64,000 nucleotides of DNA. Source: Eledone cirrhosa. Lineage: Eukaryota. The stretch lies in the NCBI GenBank assembly GCA_964016885.1, contig OZ024747.1:6076001-6140000 (forward strand), given 5' to 3'. The notes beneath the pieces were generated by a model, which made no database searches, was not told the DNA's origin, and saw nothing but the letters and a program-made list of their open reading frames with translations. This document shows positions 1-15,594 of this stretch, in pieces; the stretch's first letter is position 1; each line of letters opens with the position of its first letter. A program made the position numbers and the translations under genes.

Positions 1-982
1 AGTTACGGCCCTTTATGGTCTGAGTTCAAATCCTGCCGAGGTTAACTTCGCCTTTCATCCTTATGGGGTCGATAAAATAAAGTACCAGTAATACATTGGG
101 GGTAATTGCTGGCCTTGTGCCAAAAGTAGACAACAATTATTTCTGAGTGCTGCATTTGAAAACTTAGCAAGTAAATTCACAAAATGTTCATTACTTAATC
201 AAATACAATGTATTTCATTAGAAATAGGTGTATATATCCATATGTGGTTGACAGCTGAGAGAAAGGAGTACTCAATACCGAAGTAGAGTTTAAACATCCA
301 TTATTATTTGGCAGTATCGGTAGAGGGTCGAACGCTATGCTTTGCAGCATAGTTACGTCCCTTTACGGACTGAGTTCAAATCCCGCCGAGGTTAACTTTG
401 CCTTTCATCCTTACGGGGTCGATAAAATAAAGTACCAGTAATATACTGGGTAATTGCTGGCCTTGTGCCAAAAGTAGAAACAATTATTATTAAAGCTAAA
501 AGGTGAGTTTTGCATGTTTAACACAAGGTCATTAGACAAGAACTGACGGCCCTGTAGTAAACAGGTGAAACTCCAGAGTAACAAGACTCACTTTTTAGTC
601 TTAATAATAATGACTATATATATAATTATGTGTGTATAATGTTGTATGCACACATGGTAGAAAACATGTAAAGTCGTATAGTGTATATGTTTATCATATA
701 ACCTATGTATATATAGAGATGTATACATAATGTGTATATATTGTTGAGGCGGGATTTTGTGATGGTTTTGAGGGAGGCTGAGACAAGTCTTGTGTAATTT
801 TGTCTGTCATCTTTTCAGCTGCGCTCTCATCTTTGTCTCCTGGGGAGGGGCTGTTAGGGTGCAGACTGTTGTGTGTGTATCTGAGATGTGGGAGGGAGAC
901 TTGGTGATACTGAGGGTAGTGGGGATGGCGGCGGTGGTGGTGACAGGGGTGCATGTTTTTCTCGCTTGCTCAGCCCAACTCT

Positions 983-1945
983 ACTAGTACTACTACCACC
1001 ACCATTATTACTATTACTACTACCACCACCACCACTACTATTACTACTACCACCACCACCACTACTACTATTACTACCACCACCACCACTACTACTATTA
1101 TTACTACTACCACCACCACTATTACTATTACTACTACCACCACCACTATTACTATTACTACCACCACCACCACTACTACTACTATTAATACTACCACCAC
1201 CACCACTACTACTATTACTACTACTACTACCACCACCACTACTATTACTACTACTACCACCACCACCACCACCACCACCACTACCACTACCACCACCACC
1301 ACTACTATTACTACCACCACCACCACTACTATTACTACTACTACCACCACCACTACTACTACCACCACCACCACTACTACTATTACTACCACCACCACCA
1401 CTACCAGCCCCACTACTATTACTACTACTACCACCACCACTACTATTATTATTACTACTACTACCACTACCACCACCACCACCACTACTACTACCAGCAC
1501 CACCATTACTATTATCACTACTACTACCACCACTACTTCTATTACTACTACTGCCACTACCATTACTACTACTGCCACCACCACCATTACTATTATCACT
1601 ACTACTACCACCACTACTTCTATTACTACTACTGCCACTACCATTACTACTACTGCCACCACCACCATTACTATTATCACTACTACTACCACCACTACTT
1701 CTATTACTACTACTGCCACTACCATTACTACTACTACCAGCACCACCATTACTATTATCACTACTACTACCACCACTACTTCTATTACTACTACTGCCAC
1801 TACCATTACTACTACTGCCACCACCACTATTGCTACTATTTATAAAACCATTTAGCCTACTACTACTACTACTGCCAACACCACTACTACTGCCAACACC
1901 ACTACCACCAATGCTATTGCCACTACCACCACCACTACTACTGTA
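983..1945. repeat. (ACT)/(ACC) microsatellite with about 4 copies of an 81-bp higher-order unit
   Basis: Directly visible; 27-codon period in the ORF track. Confidence 0.95.
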
Positions 1946-2555
1946 GCTATGTATGTTCATTCATGTGATTTCTTTCATTGAAACATTGAGTAGTAGTGGG
2001 AGGATGAGAGGTGGGAGTGGCACTGTGTGTGAAGAACTGACTTGATGTGGAACAGATCATCATCATCATCACCATCTTCATCATTATAACCATCATTGTT
2101 ATAATGTCCGACAATATCATCTTCATTGCTATTGTCATCCTTATTGTCATCATTTTCATATCTGCACAAATAACTCCCTTTCCTCTCCTTCACCCCCCCC
2201 CCCCCCCTCTATCTCCCCTCCTCCCTAATATAAACACTAACCCTTTCATTATAATAATTCTAATGAAAGACACTGCCTATGATTTTTCAAATCACTTTGA
2301 AAATAATCAAAAATTTAAAGGGATTTAGTAATATAATTTAATTTTCCCATTATTGAGCAGTTATTTGGAACATAGCTTAACAAAGGTTATCATATAAAAT
2401 TATGATGGAATGCTTTAAACTACACAGCTTTATATTATAGAACCAGGCAAGGTTTCAAATCAAAAGGAATCAGAAATGTGTTTGTTGTGTGTGTATGTGG
2501 CAACTGTTTTTGAATGCAAGTCTTGTCTGTGTGTGTTGTGTACCTGTTCACGTAC

Positions 2556-3520
2556 ATGTGTGTGTGTGTAAGTCTATTTGTGTGTGTGTAAGTCTATTTG
2601 TGTGTGTGTGTAAGTCTATTTGTGTGTGTAAGTCTATTTGTGTGTGTGTGTAAGTCTATTTGTGTGTGTGTGTAAGTCTATTTGTGTGTGTGTGTAAGTC
2701 TATTTGTGTGTAAGTCTATTTGTGTGTGTGTGTGTAAGTCTATTTGTGTGTGTGTGTAAGTCTATTTGTGTGTGTGTGTAAGTCTATTTGTGTGTGTGTG
2801 TAAGTCTATTTGTGTGTGTGTGTAAGTCTATTTGTGTGTGTGTGTAAGTCTTTGTGTGTGTGTGTAAGTCTATTTGTGTGTGTGTAAGTCTATTTGTGTG
2901 TGTGTAAGTCTATTTGTGTGTGTGTGTAAGTCTATTTGTGTGTGTGTGTAAGTCTATTTGTGTGTGTGTGTGTAAGTCTATTTGTGTGTGTGTGTAAGTA
3001 TATTTGTGTGTGTGTAAGTCTATTTGTGTGTGTGTGTGTGTAAGTCTATTTGTGTGTGTGTGTGTGTAAGTCTATTTGTGTGTGTGTGTAAGTCTATTTG
3101 TGTGTGTGTGTAAGTCTATTTGTGTGTGTGTGTAAGTCTATTTGTGTGTGTGTGTAAGTCTATTTGTGTGTGTGTGTAAGTCTATTTGTGTGTGTGTGTA
3201 AGTCTATTTGTGTGTGTGTGTAAGTCTATTTGTGTGTGTGTGTAAGTCTATTTGTGTGTGTGTGTAAGTCTATTTGTGTGTGTGTGTAAGTCTATTTGTG
3301 TGTGTGTGTGTAAGTCTATTTGTGTGTGTGTGTGTAAGTCTATTTGTGTGTGTGTGTGTGTAAGTCTATTTGTGTGTGTGTGTGTGTAAGTCTATTTGTG
3401 TGTGTGTGTGTGTAAGTCTATTTGTGTGTGTGTGTGTGTAAGTCTATTTGTGTGTGTGTGTGTGTAAGTCTATTTGTGTGTGTGTGTGTGTAAGTCTATT
3501 TGTGTGTGTGTGTAAGTCTG
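2556..3520. repeat. AAGTCTATTT(GT)n compound repeat
   Basis: Directly visible. Confidence 0.97.
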
Positions 3521-3609
3521 TCTGTGTGCTTGTTTCTCCTGAAACACTTCAAATCTTGGCATTTAAAAAAAATTAATTTAACTTTTCATTTGTTGGCTGT
3601 GAAAGAAGC

Positions 3610-6600
3610 ACTACATCTATCACATCTTAACTTAAACTACCCACCACTACACCTATCACATCTTAACACCTTAACTTAAACTACCCACCACTACATCTAT
3701 CACATCTTAACACCTTAACTTAAACTACCCACCACTACACCTACCACATCTTAACACCTTAACTTAAACTACCCACCACTACATCTATCACATCTTAACA
3801 CCTTAACTTAAACTACCCACCACTACACCTACCACATCTTAACACCTTAACTTAAACTACCCACCACTATACCTATCACATCTTAACACCTTAACTTAAA
3901 CTACCCACCACTACACCTATCACATCTTAACACCTTAACTTAAACTACCCACCACTACATCTATCACATCTTAACACCTTAACTTAAACTACCCACCACT
4001 ACACCTACCACATCTTAACACCTTAACTTAAACTACCCACCACTACACCTACCACATCTTAACACCTTAACTTAAACTACCCACCACTACACCTATCACA
4101 TCTTAACACCTTAACTTAAACTACCCACCACTACACCTACCACATCTTAACACCTTAACTTAAACTACCCACCACTACACCTACCACATCTTAACACCTT
4201 AACTTAAACTACCCACCACTACACCTATCACATCTTAACACCTTAACTTAAACTACCCACCACTACACCTACCACATCTTAACACCTTAACTTAAACTAC
4301 CCACCACTACATCTATCACATCTTAACACCTTAACTTAAACTACCCACCACTACACCTACCACATCTTAACACCTTAACTTAAACTACCCACCACTATAC
4401 CTATCACATCTTAACACCTTAACTTAAACTACCCACCACTACACCTATCACATCTTAACACCTTAACTTAAACTACCCACCACTACATCTATCACATCTT
4501 AACACCTTAACTTAAACTACCCACCACTACACCTACCACATCTTAACACCTTAACTTAAACTACCCACCACTACACCTACCACATCTTAACACCTTAACT
4601 TAAACTACCCACCACTACACCTATCACATCTTAACACCTTAACTTAAACTACCCACCACTACACCTACCACATCTTAACACCTTAACTTAAACTACCCAC
4701 CACTACATCTATCACATCTTAACACCTTAACTTAAACTACCCACCACTACACCTACCACATCTTAACACCTTAACTTAAACTACCCACCACTACATCTAT
4801 CACATCTTAACACCTTAACTTAAACTACCCACCACTACACCTACCACATCTTAACACCTTAACTTAAACTACCCACCACTATACCTATCACATCTTAACA
4901 CCTTAACTTAAACTACCCACCACTACACCTACCACATCTTAACACCTTAACTTAAACTACCCACCACTACATCTATCACATCTTAACACCTTAACTTAAA
5001 CTACCCACCACTACACCTACCACATCTTAACACCTTAACTTAAACTACCCACCACTACACCTATCACATCTTAACTTAAACTACCCACCACTACATCTAT
5101 CACATCTTAACACCTTAACTTAAACTACCCACCACTACACCTACCACATCTTAACACCTTAACTTAAACTACCCACCACTACATCTATCACATCTTAACT
5201 TAAACTACCCACCACTACATCTATCACATCTTAACACCTTAACTTAAACTACCCACCACTACACCTACCACATCTTAACACCTTAACTTAAACTACCCAC
5301 CACTACATCTATCACATCTTAACACCTTAACTTAAACTACCCACCACTACACCTACCACATCTTAACACCTTAACTTAAACTACCCACCACTACACCTAT
5401 CACATCTTAACACCTTAACTTAAACTACCCACCACTACACCTACCACATCTTAACACCTTAACTTAAACTACCCACCACTACACCTACCACATCTTAACA
5501 CCTTAACTTAAACTACCCACCACTACACCTATCACATCTTAACACCTTAACTTAAACTACCCACCACTACACCTATCACATCTTAACACCTTAACTTAAA
5601 CTACCCACCACTACACCTATCACATCTTAACACCTTAACTTAAACTACCCACCACTACACCTACCACATCTTAACACCTTAACTTAAACTACCCACCACT
5701 ACATCTATCACATCTTAACTTAAACTACCCACCACTACATCTATCACATCTTAACACCTTAACTTAAACTACCCACCACTACACCTACCACATCTTAACA
5801 CCTTAACTTAAACTACCCACCACTACATCTATCACATCTTAACACCTTAACTTAAACTACCCACCACTACACCTACCACATCTTAACACCTTAACTTAAA
5901 CTACCCACCACTACACCTATCACATCTTAACACCTTAACTTAAACTACCCACCACTACACCTATCACATCTTAACACCTTAACTTAAACTATCCACCACT
6001 ACACCTACCACATCTTAACACCTTAACTTAAACTACCCACCACTATATCTATCACATCTTAACACCTTAACTTAAACTACCCACCATTACCCCTATCACA
6101 TCTTTAACACCTTAACTTAAACTACCCACCACTACATCTATCACATCTTAACACCTTAACTTAAACTACCCACCACTACACCTACCACATCTTTAACACC
6201 TTAACTTAAACTACCCACCACTACATCTATCACATCTTAACACCTTAACTTAAACTACCCACCACTACATCTATCACATCTTTAACACCTTAACTTAAAC
6301 TACCCACCATTACCCCTATCACATCTTTAACACCTTAACTTAAACTACCCACCACTACACCTATCACATCTTTAACACCTTAACTTAAACTACCCACCAC
6401 TACATCTATCACATCTTAACACCTTAACTTAAACTACCCACCACTACATCTATCACATCTTTAACACCTTAACTTAAACTACCCACCACTACATCTATCA
6501 CATCTTAACACCTTAACTTAAACTACCCACCACTACATCTATCACATCTTAACACCTTAACTTAAACTACCCACCACTACACCTACCACATCTTAACACC

Positions 6601-7505
6601 TTAACTTAAACTACCCACCACTACATCTATCACATCTTTAACACCTTAACTTAAACTACCCACCACTACACCTACCACATCTTAACACCTTAACTTAAAC
6701 TACCCACCACTACATCTATCACATCTTAACACCTTAACTTAAACTACCCACCACTACATCTATCACATCTTAACACCTTAACTTAAACTACCCACCACTA
6801 CACCTACCACATCTTAACACCTTAACTTAAACTACCCACCACTACATCTATCACATCTTAACACCTTAACTTAAACTACCCACCACTACACCTACCACAT
6901 CTTAACACCTTAACTTAAACTACCCACCACTACATCTATCACATCTTAACACCTTAACTTAAACTACCCACCACTACACCTATCACATCTTAACACCTTA
7001 ACTTAAACTACCCACCACTACATCTATCACATCTTAACACCTTAACTTAAACTACCCACCACTACATCTATCACATCTTAACACCTTAACTTAAACTACC
7101 CACCACTACATCTATCACATCTTTAACACCTTAACTTAAACTACCCACCACTACACCTACCACATCTTAACACCTTAACTTAAACTACCCACCACTACAT
7201 CTATCACATCTTTAACACCTTAACTTAAACTACCCACCACTACATCTATCACATCTTAACACCTTAACTTAAACTACCCACCACTATATCTATCACATCT
7301 TTAACACCTTAACTTAAACTACCCACCACTACATCTATCACATCTTTAACACCTTAACTTAAACTACCCACCACTATATCTATCACATCTTTAACACCGT
7401 AACTTAAACTACCCACCACTACCCCTATCACATCTTTAACACCTTAACTTAAACTACCCACCACTATATCTATCACATCTTAACACCTTAACTTAAACTA
7501 CCCAC
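3610..7505. repeat. 44-bp minisatellite, about 88 copies (TTAACACCTTAACTTAAACTACCCACCACTACAYCTAYCACATC)
   Basis: Period of 44 measured (3661 to 3705); 36- and 45-bp variants present. Confidence 0.97.
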
Positions 7506-9024
7506 TTTTCAAACAAAACCTTTGGATAAAACAATATTATCATCATCATCATTACTGTTTAACAGCTATTTGCCATGCTTGCATGGATTAGTCAGGTTGT
7601 CATGTTGTGAGGCATGACATGTCAGGTAACCATGTCTTGCTCATACATTCTGTTTGGGTTTCTAAGGCTGGATGACCTTCGTAACACTAACCACTTTACA
7701 GCATGTACTGGGCTTTATTCATTGCACCAGCACTACTACCTTACAGGGTGGACTGGGTACTTTTTGTTGTGTCACCAGCACTACCACCTTACAGGGTGGA
7801 CTGGGTACTTTTTGTTGTGCCACCAGCACTACCACCTTACTGGGTGTGTTTTATCATATCATCTTCAAAAATTAATATGTATTATCATCATTTTTGCATC
7901 TGCTTTCTATGTTGGCATGAGTTTGACAGGTTTAAATAAAATTGGGATGGTCATGGTTAGGTAGTGCTGGTGCCATGAAAGAAGCCCAGTACAGGCTGTA
8001 AAGTTGATGAATTGGTATCATGATAATAAACATCTAGTCCACCCTGTAAGGTGGTAGTGCTGGTACAATGATAAAAAAAACCCACCCAGTCCACCCATGA
8101 TAGGACTGGGGTCCCTATCATTAAAACACTCAAGAGAAATCTTATGAAATACAATCTTGTAGGAAGCCACCTAGACCTACATAGATGTAAGCTGTAACAA
8201 CATGATAGGACTGGGGTCCCTATTAAAATACTCAAGAAACCTCCTATGAGATACAACCTCATAGGAGTCCTGCTACACCTACATATATTTTTCAAGTTGT
8301 TTTAACTTCCTACATTATCTTTTGTTGCTTGTAATTGTATTTTCTGCAGTCAGTGATTAACGTGTGAACACATCATATGTTTGATTCTTTATGAAAATAA
8401 GTCAACTCCCTTTGGACAAATTACTTAGGCTTGTTATCTTGATAAGACAATTGAGTCAATGTCGCTGTTGCTGCCACTGTCGTTGCTGCTGCTGTCGTTG
8501 TTGCTGTTGCTGTCGTTGCTGCTGTTGTTGCTGTTGTTGCTGTTGTTGCTGCTGTTATTGCTGTTCTCATGTCAGCCCTGATCCATCCCACCTGTGATCA
8601 GAGGTGTTCTAATTAGCTACCTCACTTGTGATCCAGGGTGTTGTAACTATCCACTACACCTGTGATCAGAGGTGTTCTAACAAGTTTGTTAATTCAAATG
8701 TTTATAGTATCTTTACTGGTGGACAGATTGTGGAAATTTTCAGTAAACTAATGAAAATACTATAATTTTTAATATTCAATCAAGATGGTGTTTTGTATTT
8801 TTGATGAATGTGTTGCTAATGTAGTTTCATGTGGTGGTGTATGTCAGAAGTTGATATGTACTGAAAATCTAATGACCTAACTGCCAGCCTTCATTGTCCA
8901 TTGGGATTAAATCTAAGTTGATATCTTCAGATACACAATATCTGAAATTGAAGTTGAATCGGTTCAGTTGGTACAGAAATTTGACCTTTATCTTAATTTT
9001 AGTTGGTTTCTTTTTTACTTAGGA

Positions 9025-9096
<72 letters not shown>

Positions 9097-10223
9097 TACA
9101 TTAAATGGGTATGAAGTTCTTTATGTAACCATTTTGCTCCACTGACCTTATATATATCTTTGTCTGTGTCCACAATAATCCATTGCCCTGTTAAACAGCT
9201 CAAGTCTATGTAGGCTTAGCTGGCCTTCTATGTGGTTGTATCTCATAGGTTTCTTGGGTGCTTCAATGATAGAACCACCATGCCCAAAGTCTTATGTTGT
9301 TGTTACAGCTCACATCTATGTGATAAGGGTCCCCAGACTTATGAAAACCATGAAATGAAGTATATTGCTCAAGAACAGCATGTGCTGCCTGATCCAGGTT
9401 TTGGACCCATCACCTTATCTTCATAAGTTCAACACCTTAATCACTAGGCCATGCACCTTCACTAAACACATGATTTTGCCATGCAAAAGTAATGGTGACC
9501 CTCACAGGACCCCCATAAACATCTCTATTTTGCCCTTTCATCTGCATTACCCTCACCAAGGCTCTGGCTTCCATTTCCTCCGCCATCATCCCCAGCCATG
9601 TCTTCCTCTACTTCCGTCTACATTCATTTCCATCCTTCCTCTCACCCAGTCACTTGCTCCCACAACACATGACCCAGCCATTTCACTTCATTTTTCTTCC
9701 CAGCATTCATCAGTGGCTCTATTCTCATTGATTTCCTGTAGATACAAGTATATTCCATTTATCTAGATATAACATCTTACCCATACCATAGATGTGTATC
9801 ACTATGGATGACTGAGTTCACAAGGACACTCTTAGATAAGAAACTACAGGTGTGTCATGATGGCCAAGCCCACCAAGATGTAAAGTACATGGCTTAGTGG
9901 TTAGTCTGTTGGACTCAATCATATGGTAGTGGGTGGTGGTTCCATGTTGAAATCTGTCAATGTGTTATAATTTTCACAGCCAATTCTCAGTTGAAACCAG
10001 ATTTTTAGGGTTTGCATGTAGAAGAGCAGGTGTTTATTACAGCTTGATACCCCCCTTCTCCCCTCCCAGCCATGTCAATATCAGTCAACCATGAACAAGA
10101 TATACTGCCTAACTATATGCACACCTTTATATGATTATATATATATATATATATATATAGAACAATGAAAGAATTATATCATTATTGTCAGTTTTCTGAT
10201 ATATATATATATATATATATGCG

Positions 10224-10272
<49 letters not shown>

Positions 10273-11042
10273 CGAAGGAGTTGTGGTAAGGAACCAGATG
10301 GACCATAACGCACCAGAGTACTCAATACGTAGGGTAGTACAGTGGGTAAAAGGAAAATGTATGACCCCGACGGCAAAGCTCAAGCCGTTTCGACGGCTAT
10401 TTCAGAAATAGCCGTCGAAATGGCTTGAGCTCTGCTGTCGGGGTCATACATTTTCCTATATATATATATATAATTGAATATAAAAGAGAGATAAACACAG
10501 ATATATACATATATGCGTTCAAATCGTAAGGGACCAGATTCACTAGGGTAAAAAAAAAAAACTTAACTATGAACAATAGGGTTTGCCAGACTCAATTTAA
10601 AAATAAATAAAAAAAATAATTTGCACACATATACGTATATATCTGTGTTTATCTCTCTCTTATATTCAATTATATAATACGGCTCGGAAAAATCTCCTTA
10701 CATTGTGTAAAGTTGCTGATTCACTCTATGGCTGTCAGGGAACTTGAATGATAACATACATACAGTCACACAAAAACAAATACATTTGCACATATGCTGG
10801 TTTGTGAATGCACACACACAATTTAGTATTTATTCTGATGTGGGTGACTTGGTTTCTTGTTGGCCCATATAATGTTTGGACAAGTGAATGCCCCCCCCCC
10901 CCCCCACCTCAACTTTTAACTGCCCTCCTCCCTACTTCAATCCTGAAGTAGGGTGTGTCTTTCTTCAGGTAGATTGATTAGTCTTGTCTGGAGGCCATGC
11001 TACTGTTGGCATTTGAGCTCATGATCCCATAAAATATGAAAT

Positions 11043-11390
11043 AAATGAAATTTACAGCTCACACCTTTGTCGGTTTAGCTGGCCTTCTTGTATCTCATAC
11101 AAGGTTTTTTCAGGTGTTTTAAAGATAGGGCCTCAATCCTATTATGAAAACACCCAAGAAGCCTCCTATGAGATGCAACCTACATAAGTGTTACCTGTAA
11201 CAACAGCATCATAGGACTGGGCCTCCTATCATTAAAACACCCTGTAATAGTCCAGCTAAATTCATATAGGTGTGAGCTGTAACATGATACAACTGGGGCC
11301 CTCCATCACTAAAATATTTGAGAAAACTCCTATGATATACTACCTCATGGGAGGCCAAATAAACCTAGGTGTAAGCTGTAAATTATATTT
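11043..11390. mobile_element. Foldback-like element built from modular subrepeats
   Basis: Starts AAATGAAATTTACAGCTCACACCT and ends AGGTGTAAGCTGTAAATTATATTT (imperfect inverted termini); related modules near 8100-8290, 9190-9330, 24601-25325, 35385-35500, 48930-49030. Confidence 0.55.
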
Positions 11391-11480
11391 TACTTGGGTT
11401 GTGTGGTTAATTATTACTGTATTGTAATAACTATTATTTTTTGTATTACTGTAAATTAACTCTTATTATTTGTATTTCAG

Positions 11481-11687
11481 CCTGATATCTATGACGGGTC
11501 TGGTCACCGATGGTCCTGCAAATTACTCTGAAAACTGTAAGTGCAGCTGGTTGATCAAACCCAACACAACAGACACCAGCCGTCCAATTCACATACAAAT
11601 GCTACATTTCATCACGGAATGTGGATGGGACCACCTTTATATTTATGATGGCGATTCTGCCTTCTCTACACTCCTTGCAGCCTACAG
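11481..11687 (+). CDS. ATRN: Attractin exon, CUB domain N-part
   Basis: tttcag|CCTG...CTACAG|gtaaa; LISMTGLVTDGPANYSENCKCSWLI...TECGWDHLYIYDGDSAFSTLLAAY. Confidence 0.95.
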
Positions 11688-11862
11688 GTAAACTATCACT
11701 TTACTTAGATACCAGTAATTATCTAGGATATCCTATCCTCTGTTGTCTGGTGTTTCTCAAACCTTTTTTTCCTGTACTCCATTTCGATTCCACTTCAAAA
11801 TGTACACCTGCCATAATCAAAGAAAGTTAGTATATAGCATAGTATATACAGCCCATAGTTAG

Positions 11863-12021
11863 TATATATGGTAGTGTATATATATATATATATATATGGT
11901 AGTGTATATATATATATATATATATATATATGGTAGTGTATATATATATATATATATATGGTAGTGTATATATATATATATATATATGGTAGTGTATATA
12001 TATATATATATATATATGGTA

Positions 12022-12058
<37 letters not shown>

Positions 12059-12640
12059 GAGGCACATGGCTTAGTGGTTAGAGCATTGGCCTTGCAATCG
12101 AAAGGTTGTGAGTTCAATTCTCAGACCGGGTGATGTGTTGTTTCCTTGAGCAAGACATTTTATTTCACATTGCTCCAGTTTACTCAGCTGTAGAAAGGAG
12201 ATGATAGGACTGGGGTCCATATCATTCCACTGCAAAGTGGTTGTGGAGGTGCCACGGCAAAAAAGCACCCAGCACTCACTGTAAATGAGGTTGGTGTTAG
12301 GAAGTGCATCCAGCTGTAGAAATCAAGCCAGAATCAGTTCCTGTCCCACCCTTGCAAGCAGGGAAAAGTGGACGCAAAATGAAATGATGATGATGATGAT
12401 ATATATGGTAGTGTGTGTATATATGGTAGTGTATATATATATATGGTAGTGTATATATATATATATGGTAGTGTGTATATATATATATATGGTAGTGTGT
12501 ATATATATATATATGGTAGTGTGTATATATATATATATGGTAGTGTGTATATATATATATATGGTAGTGTGTATATATATATATATGGTAGTGTGTATAT
12601 ATATATATGGTAGTGTATATATATATATATATATATGGTA

Positions 12641-12680
<40 letters not shown>

Positions 12681-13188
12681 TAGTGTATATATATATATAT
12701 ATATATATATGGTAGTGTATATATATATATATATATATATGGTAGTGTATATATATATATATATATATATGGTAGTGTATATATATATATATATATATAT
12801 ATATGGTAGTGTATATATATATATATATATATATGGTAGTGTATATATATATATATATATGGTAGTGTATATATATATATATATATATATGGTAGTGTAT
12901 ATATATATATATATATATATGGTAGTGTATATATATATATATATATATGGTAGTGTATATATATATATATATATATGGTAGTGTATATATATATATATAT
13001 ATGGTAGTGTATATATATATATATATGGTAGTGTATATATATATATATATATATATATGGTAGTGTATATATATATATATATATATATATGGTAGTGTAT
13101 ATATATATATATATATATATGGTAGTGTATATATATATATATATATATATATGGTAGTGTATATATATATATATATATATATATGGTA

Positions 13189-13226
<38 letters not shown>

Positions 13227-13486
13227 TAGTGTATATATATATATATATATATATATATGGTAGTATATATATATATATATATATATATATGGTAGTGTAT
13301 ATATATATATATATATATGGTAGTGTATATATATATATATATATATGGTAGTGTATATATATATATATATATATGGTAGTGTATATATATATATATATAT
13401 ATGGTAGTGTATATATATATATATATATGGTAGTGTATATATATATATATATATATATGGTAGTGTATATATATATATATATGGTA

Positions 13487-13522
<36 letters not shown>

Positions 13523-15034
13523 TAGTGTATATATATATATGGTAGTGTATATATATATATATATATATATGGTAGTGTATATATATATATATATATATAT
13601 GGTAGTGTATATATATATATATATATATATATGGTAGTGTATATATATATATATATATATATATATGGTAGTGTATATATATATATATATATGGTAGTGT
13701 ATATATATATATATATATGGTAGTGTATATATATATATATATATGGTAGTGTATATATATATATATATATGGTAGTGTATATATATATATATATATGGTA
13801 GTGTATATATATATATATATATGGTAGTGTATATATATATATATATATGGTAGTGTATATATATATATATATATATGGTAGTGTATATATATATATATAT
13901 ATATATATATGGTAGTGTATATATATATATATATATATGGTAGTGTATATATATATATATATATGGTAGTGTATATATATATATATATATATATGGTAGT
14001 GTGTATATATATATATATATATATGGTAGTGTATATATATATATATATATATATGGTAGTGTATATATATATATATATATATATGGTAGTGTATATATAT
14101 ATATATATATATATGGTAGTGTATATATATATATATATGGTAGTGTATATATATATATATATATATATATATGGTAGTGTATATATATATATATATATAT
14201 GGTAGTGTATATATATATATATATATATATGGTAGTGTATATATATATATATATATATGGTAGTGTATATATATATATATATATATATGGTAGTGTATAT
14301 ATATATATATATATATGGTAGTGTATATATATATATATATGGTAGTGTATATATATATATATATATATATGGTAGTGTATATATATATATATATATATAT
14401 GGTAGTGTATATATATATATATATATATATGGTAGTGTATATATATATATATATATATGGTAGTGTATATATATATATATATATATGGTAGTGTATATAT
14501 ATATATATATATATGGTAGTGTATATATATATATATATATATATGGTAGTGTGTATATATATATATATATATATGGTAGTGTGTATATATATATATATAT
14601 ATATGGTAGTGTGTATATATATATATATATATATGGTAGTGTGTATATATATATATATATATATGGTAGTGTGTATATATATATATATATATATGGTAGT
14701 GTATATATATATATATATATATATGGTAGTGTATATATATATATATATATATATGGTAGTGTATATATATATATATATATATATGGTAGTGTATATATAT
14801 ATATATATATATATGGTAGTGTGTATATATATATATATATATATGGTAGTGTGTATGTATATATATATATATATATGGTAGTGTGTATATATATATATAT
14901 ATATATATGGTAGGGTATATATATATATATATATATATGGTAGGGTATATATATATATATATGGTAGGGTATATATATATATATATGGTAGTGTGTGTAT
15001 ATATATATGGTAGTGTATGTATGTATGTATATAT
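11863..15034. repeat. GGTAGTGT(AT)n compound satellite, left part (interrupted by a SINE at 12058-12400)
   Basis: Directly visible. Confidence 0.97.
12058..12400 (+). mobile_element. tRNA-derived SINE family B (others at 25697-26034, 39795-40110 partial, 56239-56509 truncated)
   Basis: A-box TGGCTTAGTGG, B-box GAGTTCAATTC, CCTTGAGCAAGACA core, (ATG)n tail; near-identical copies. Confidence 0.87.
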
Positions 15035-15253
15035 ATATTTCGTTTCTGAATTTGTTTAGCAAGATTCTTTATCTGAAATCGTGTGTTGAAACCGATATTG
15101 TTATACTTTGGGAGGGTCATGTTGCCAATAAGAAACACACGCACCAGTTGCTTTCACTTCAATTTAATTTAATATATATTTATAAATTTACAAATTTATA
15201 AATTTCTGGTTGGTTGGTTGGTTCCACAACCAGATAGTTGTTTATATATATAT

Positions 15254-15298
15254 AGTCATAGTTCTTTCGTCACACACTCTGTGACCTCTTCAGTGACT
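15254..15298 (-). ncRNA. Hammerhead ribozyme copy in the inverted pseudo-LTR
   Basis: Reverse complement of 16990-17034. Confidence 0.82.
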
Positions 15299-15594
15299 GG
15301 GGATTTCTTTCTTCGTTTCTGTGCCTTTCCTTTCTTCTATCCTACGCCATTTTGTTTGTGTGTGGGTTGCGTGCTCAGTTTGCGCATGCGCCACATCCGG
15401 GTGTCTGTGTGTGTTTGTGTTCATTTTTCTATTTTTCTATTTATATTTGTTTGTTTATTTATTTATTTATTGTTGGTTGGTTGTTTGTTCTATGTGTGTG
15501 TGTGTTTTCATTTTGTCTTGTGTGTGTTTTCATTTTGTGTGTGTTTTCAATTGTAAGTTGTTTATATATGTGTGTGTGTGTTTTCATTTTGTCC

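Noticed and set aside
854-1960. Gly/Ser-, Thr- or Leu/Pro-rich ORFs resembling mucin or structural proteins
   Set aside because: Trinucleotide microsatellite open in several frames on both strands; no evidence it is an exon.
12058-12130. tRNA gene
   Set aside because: A and B boxes are present but continue into a multi-copy SINE body; no complete cloverleaf is evident.
12297-15144. ORFs of over 900 aa made of IY repeats
   Set aside because: Translations of the (AT)n satellite; the only complex part is the inverted PLE ORF start or the SINE.
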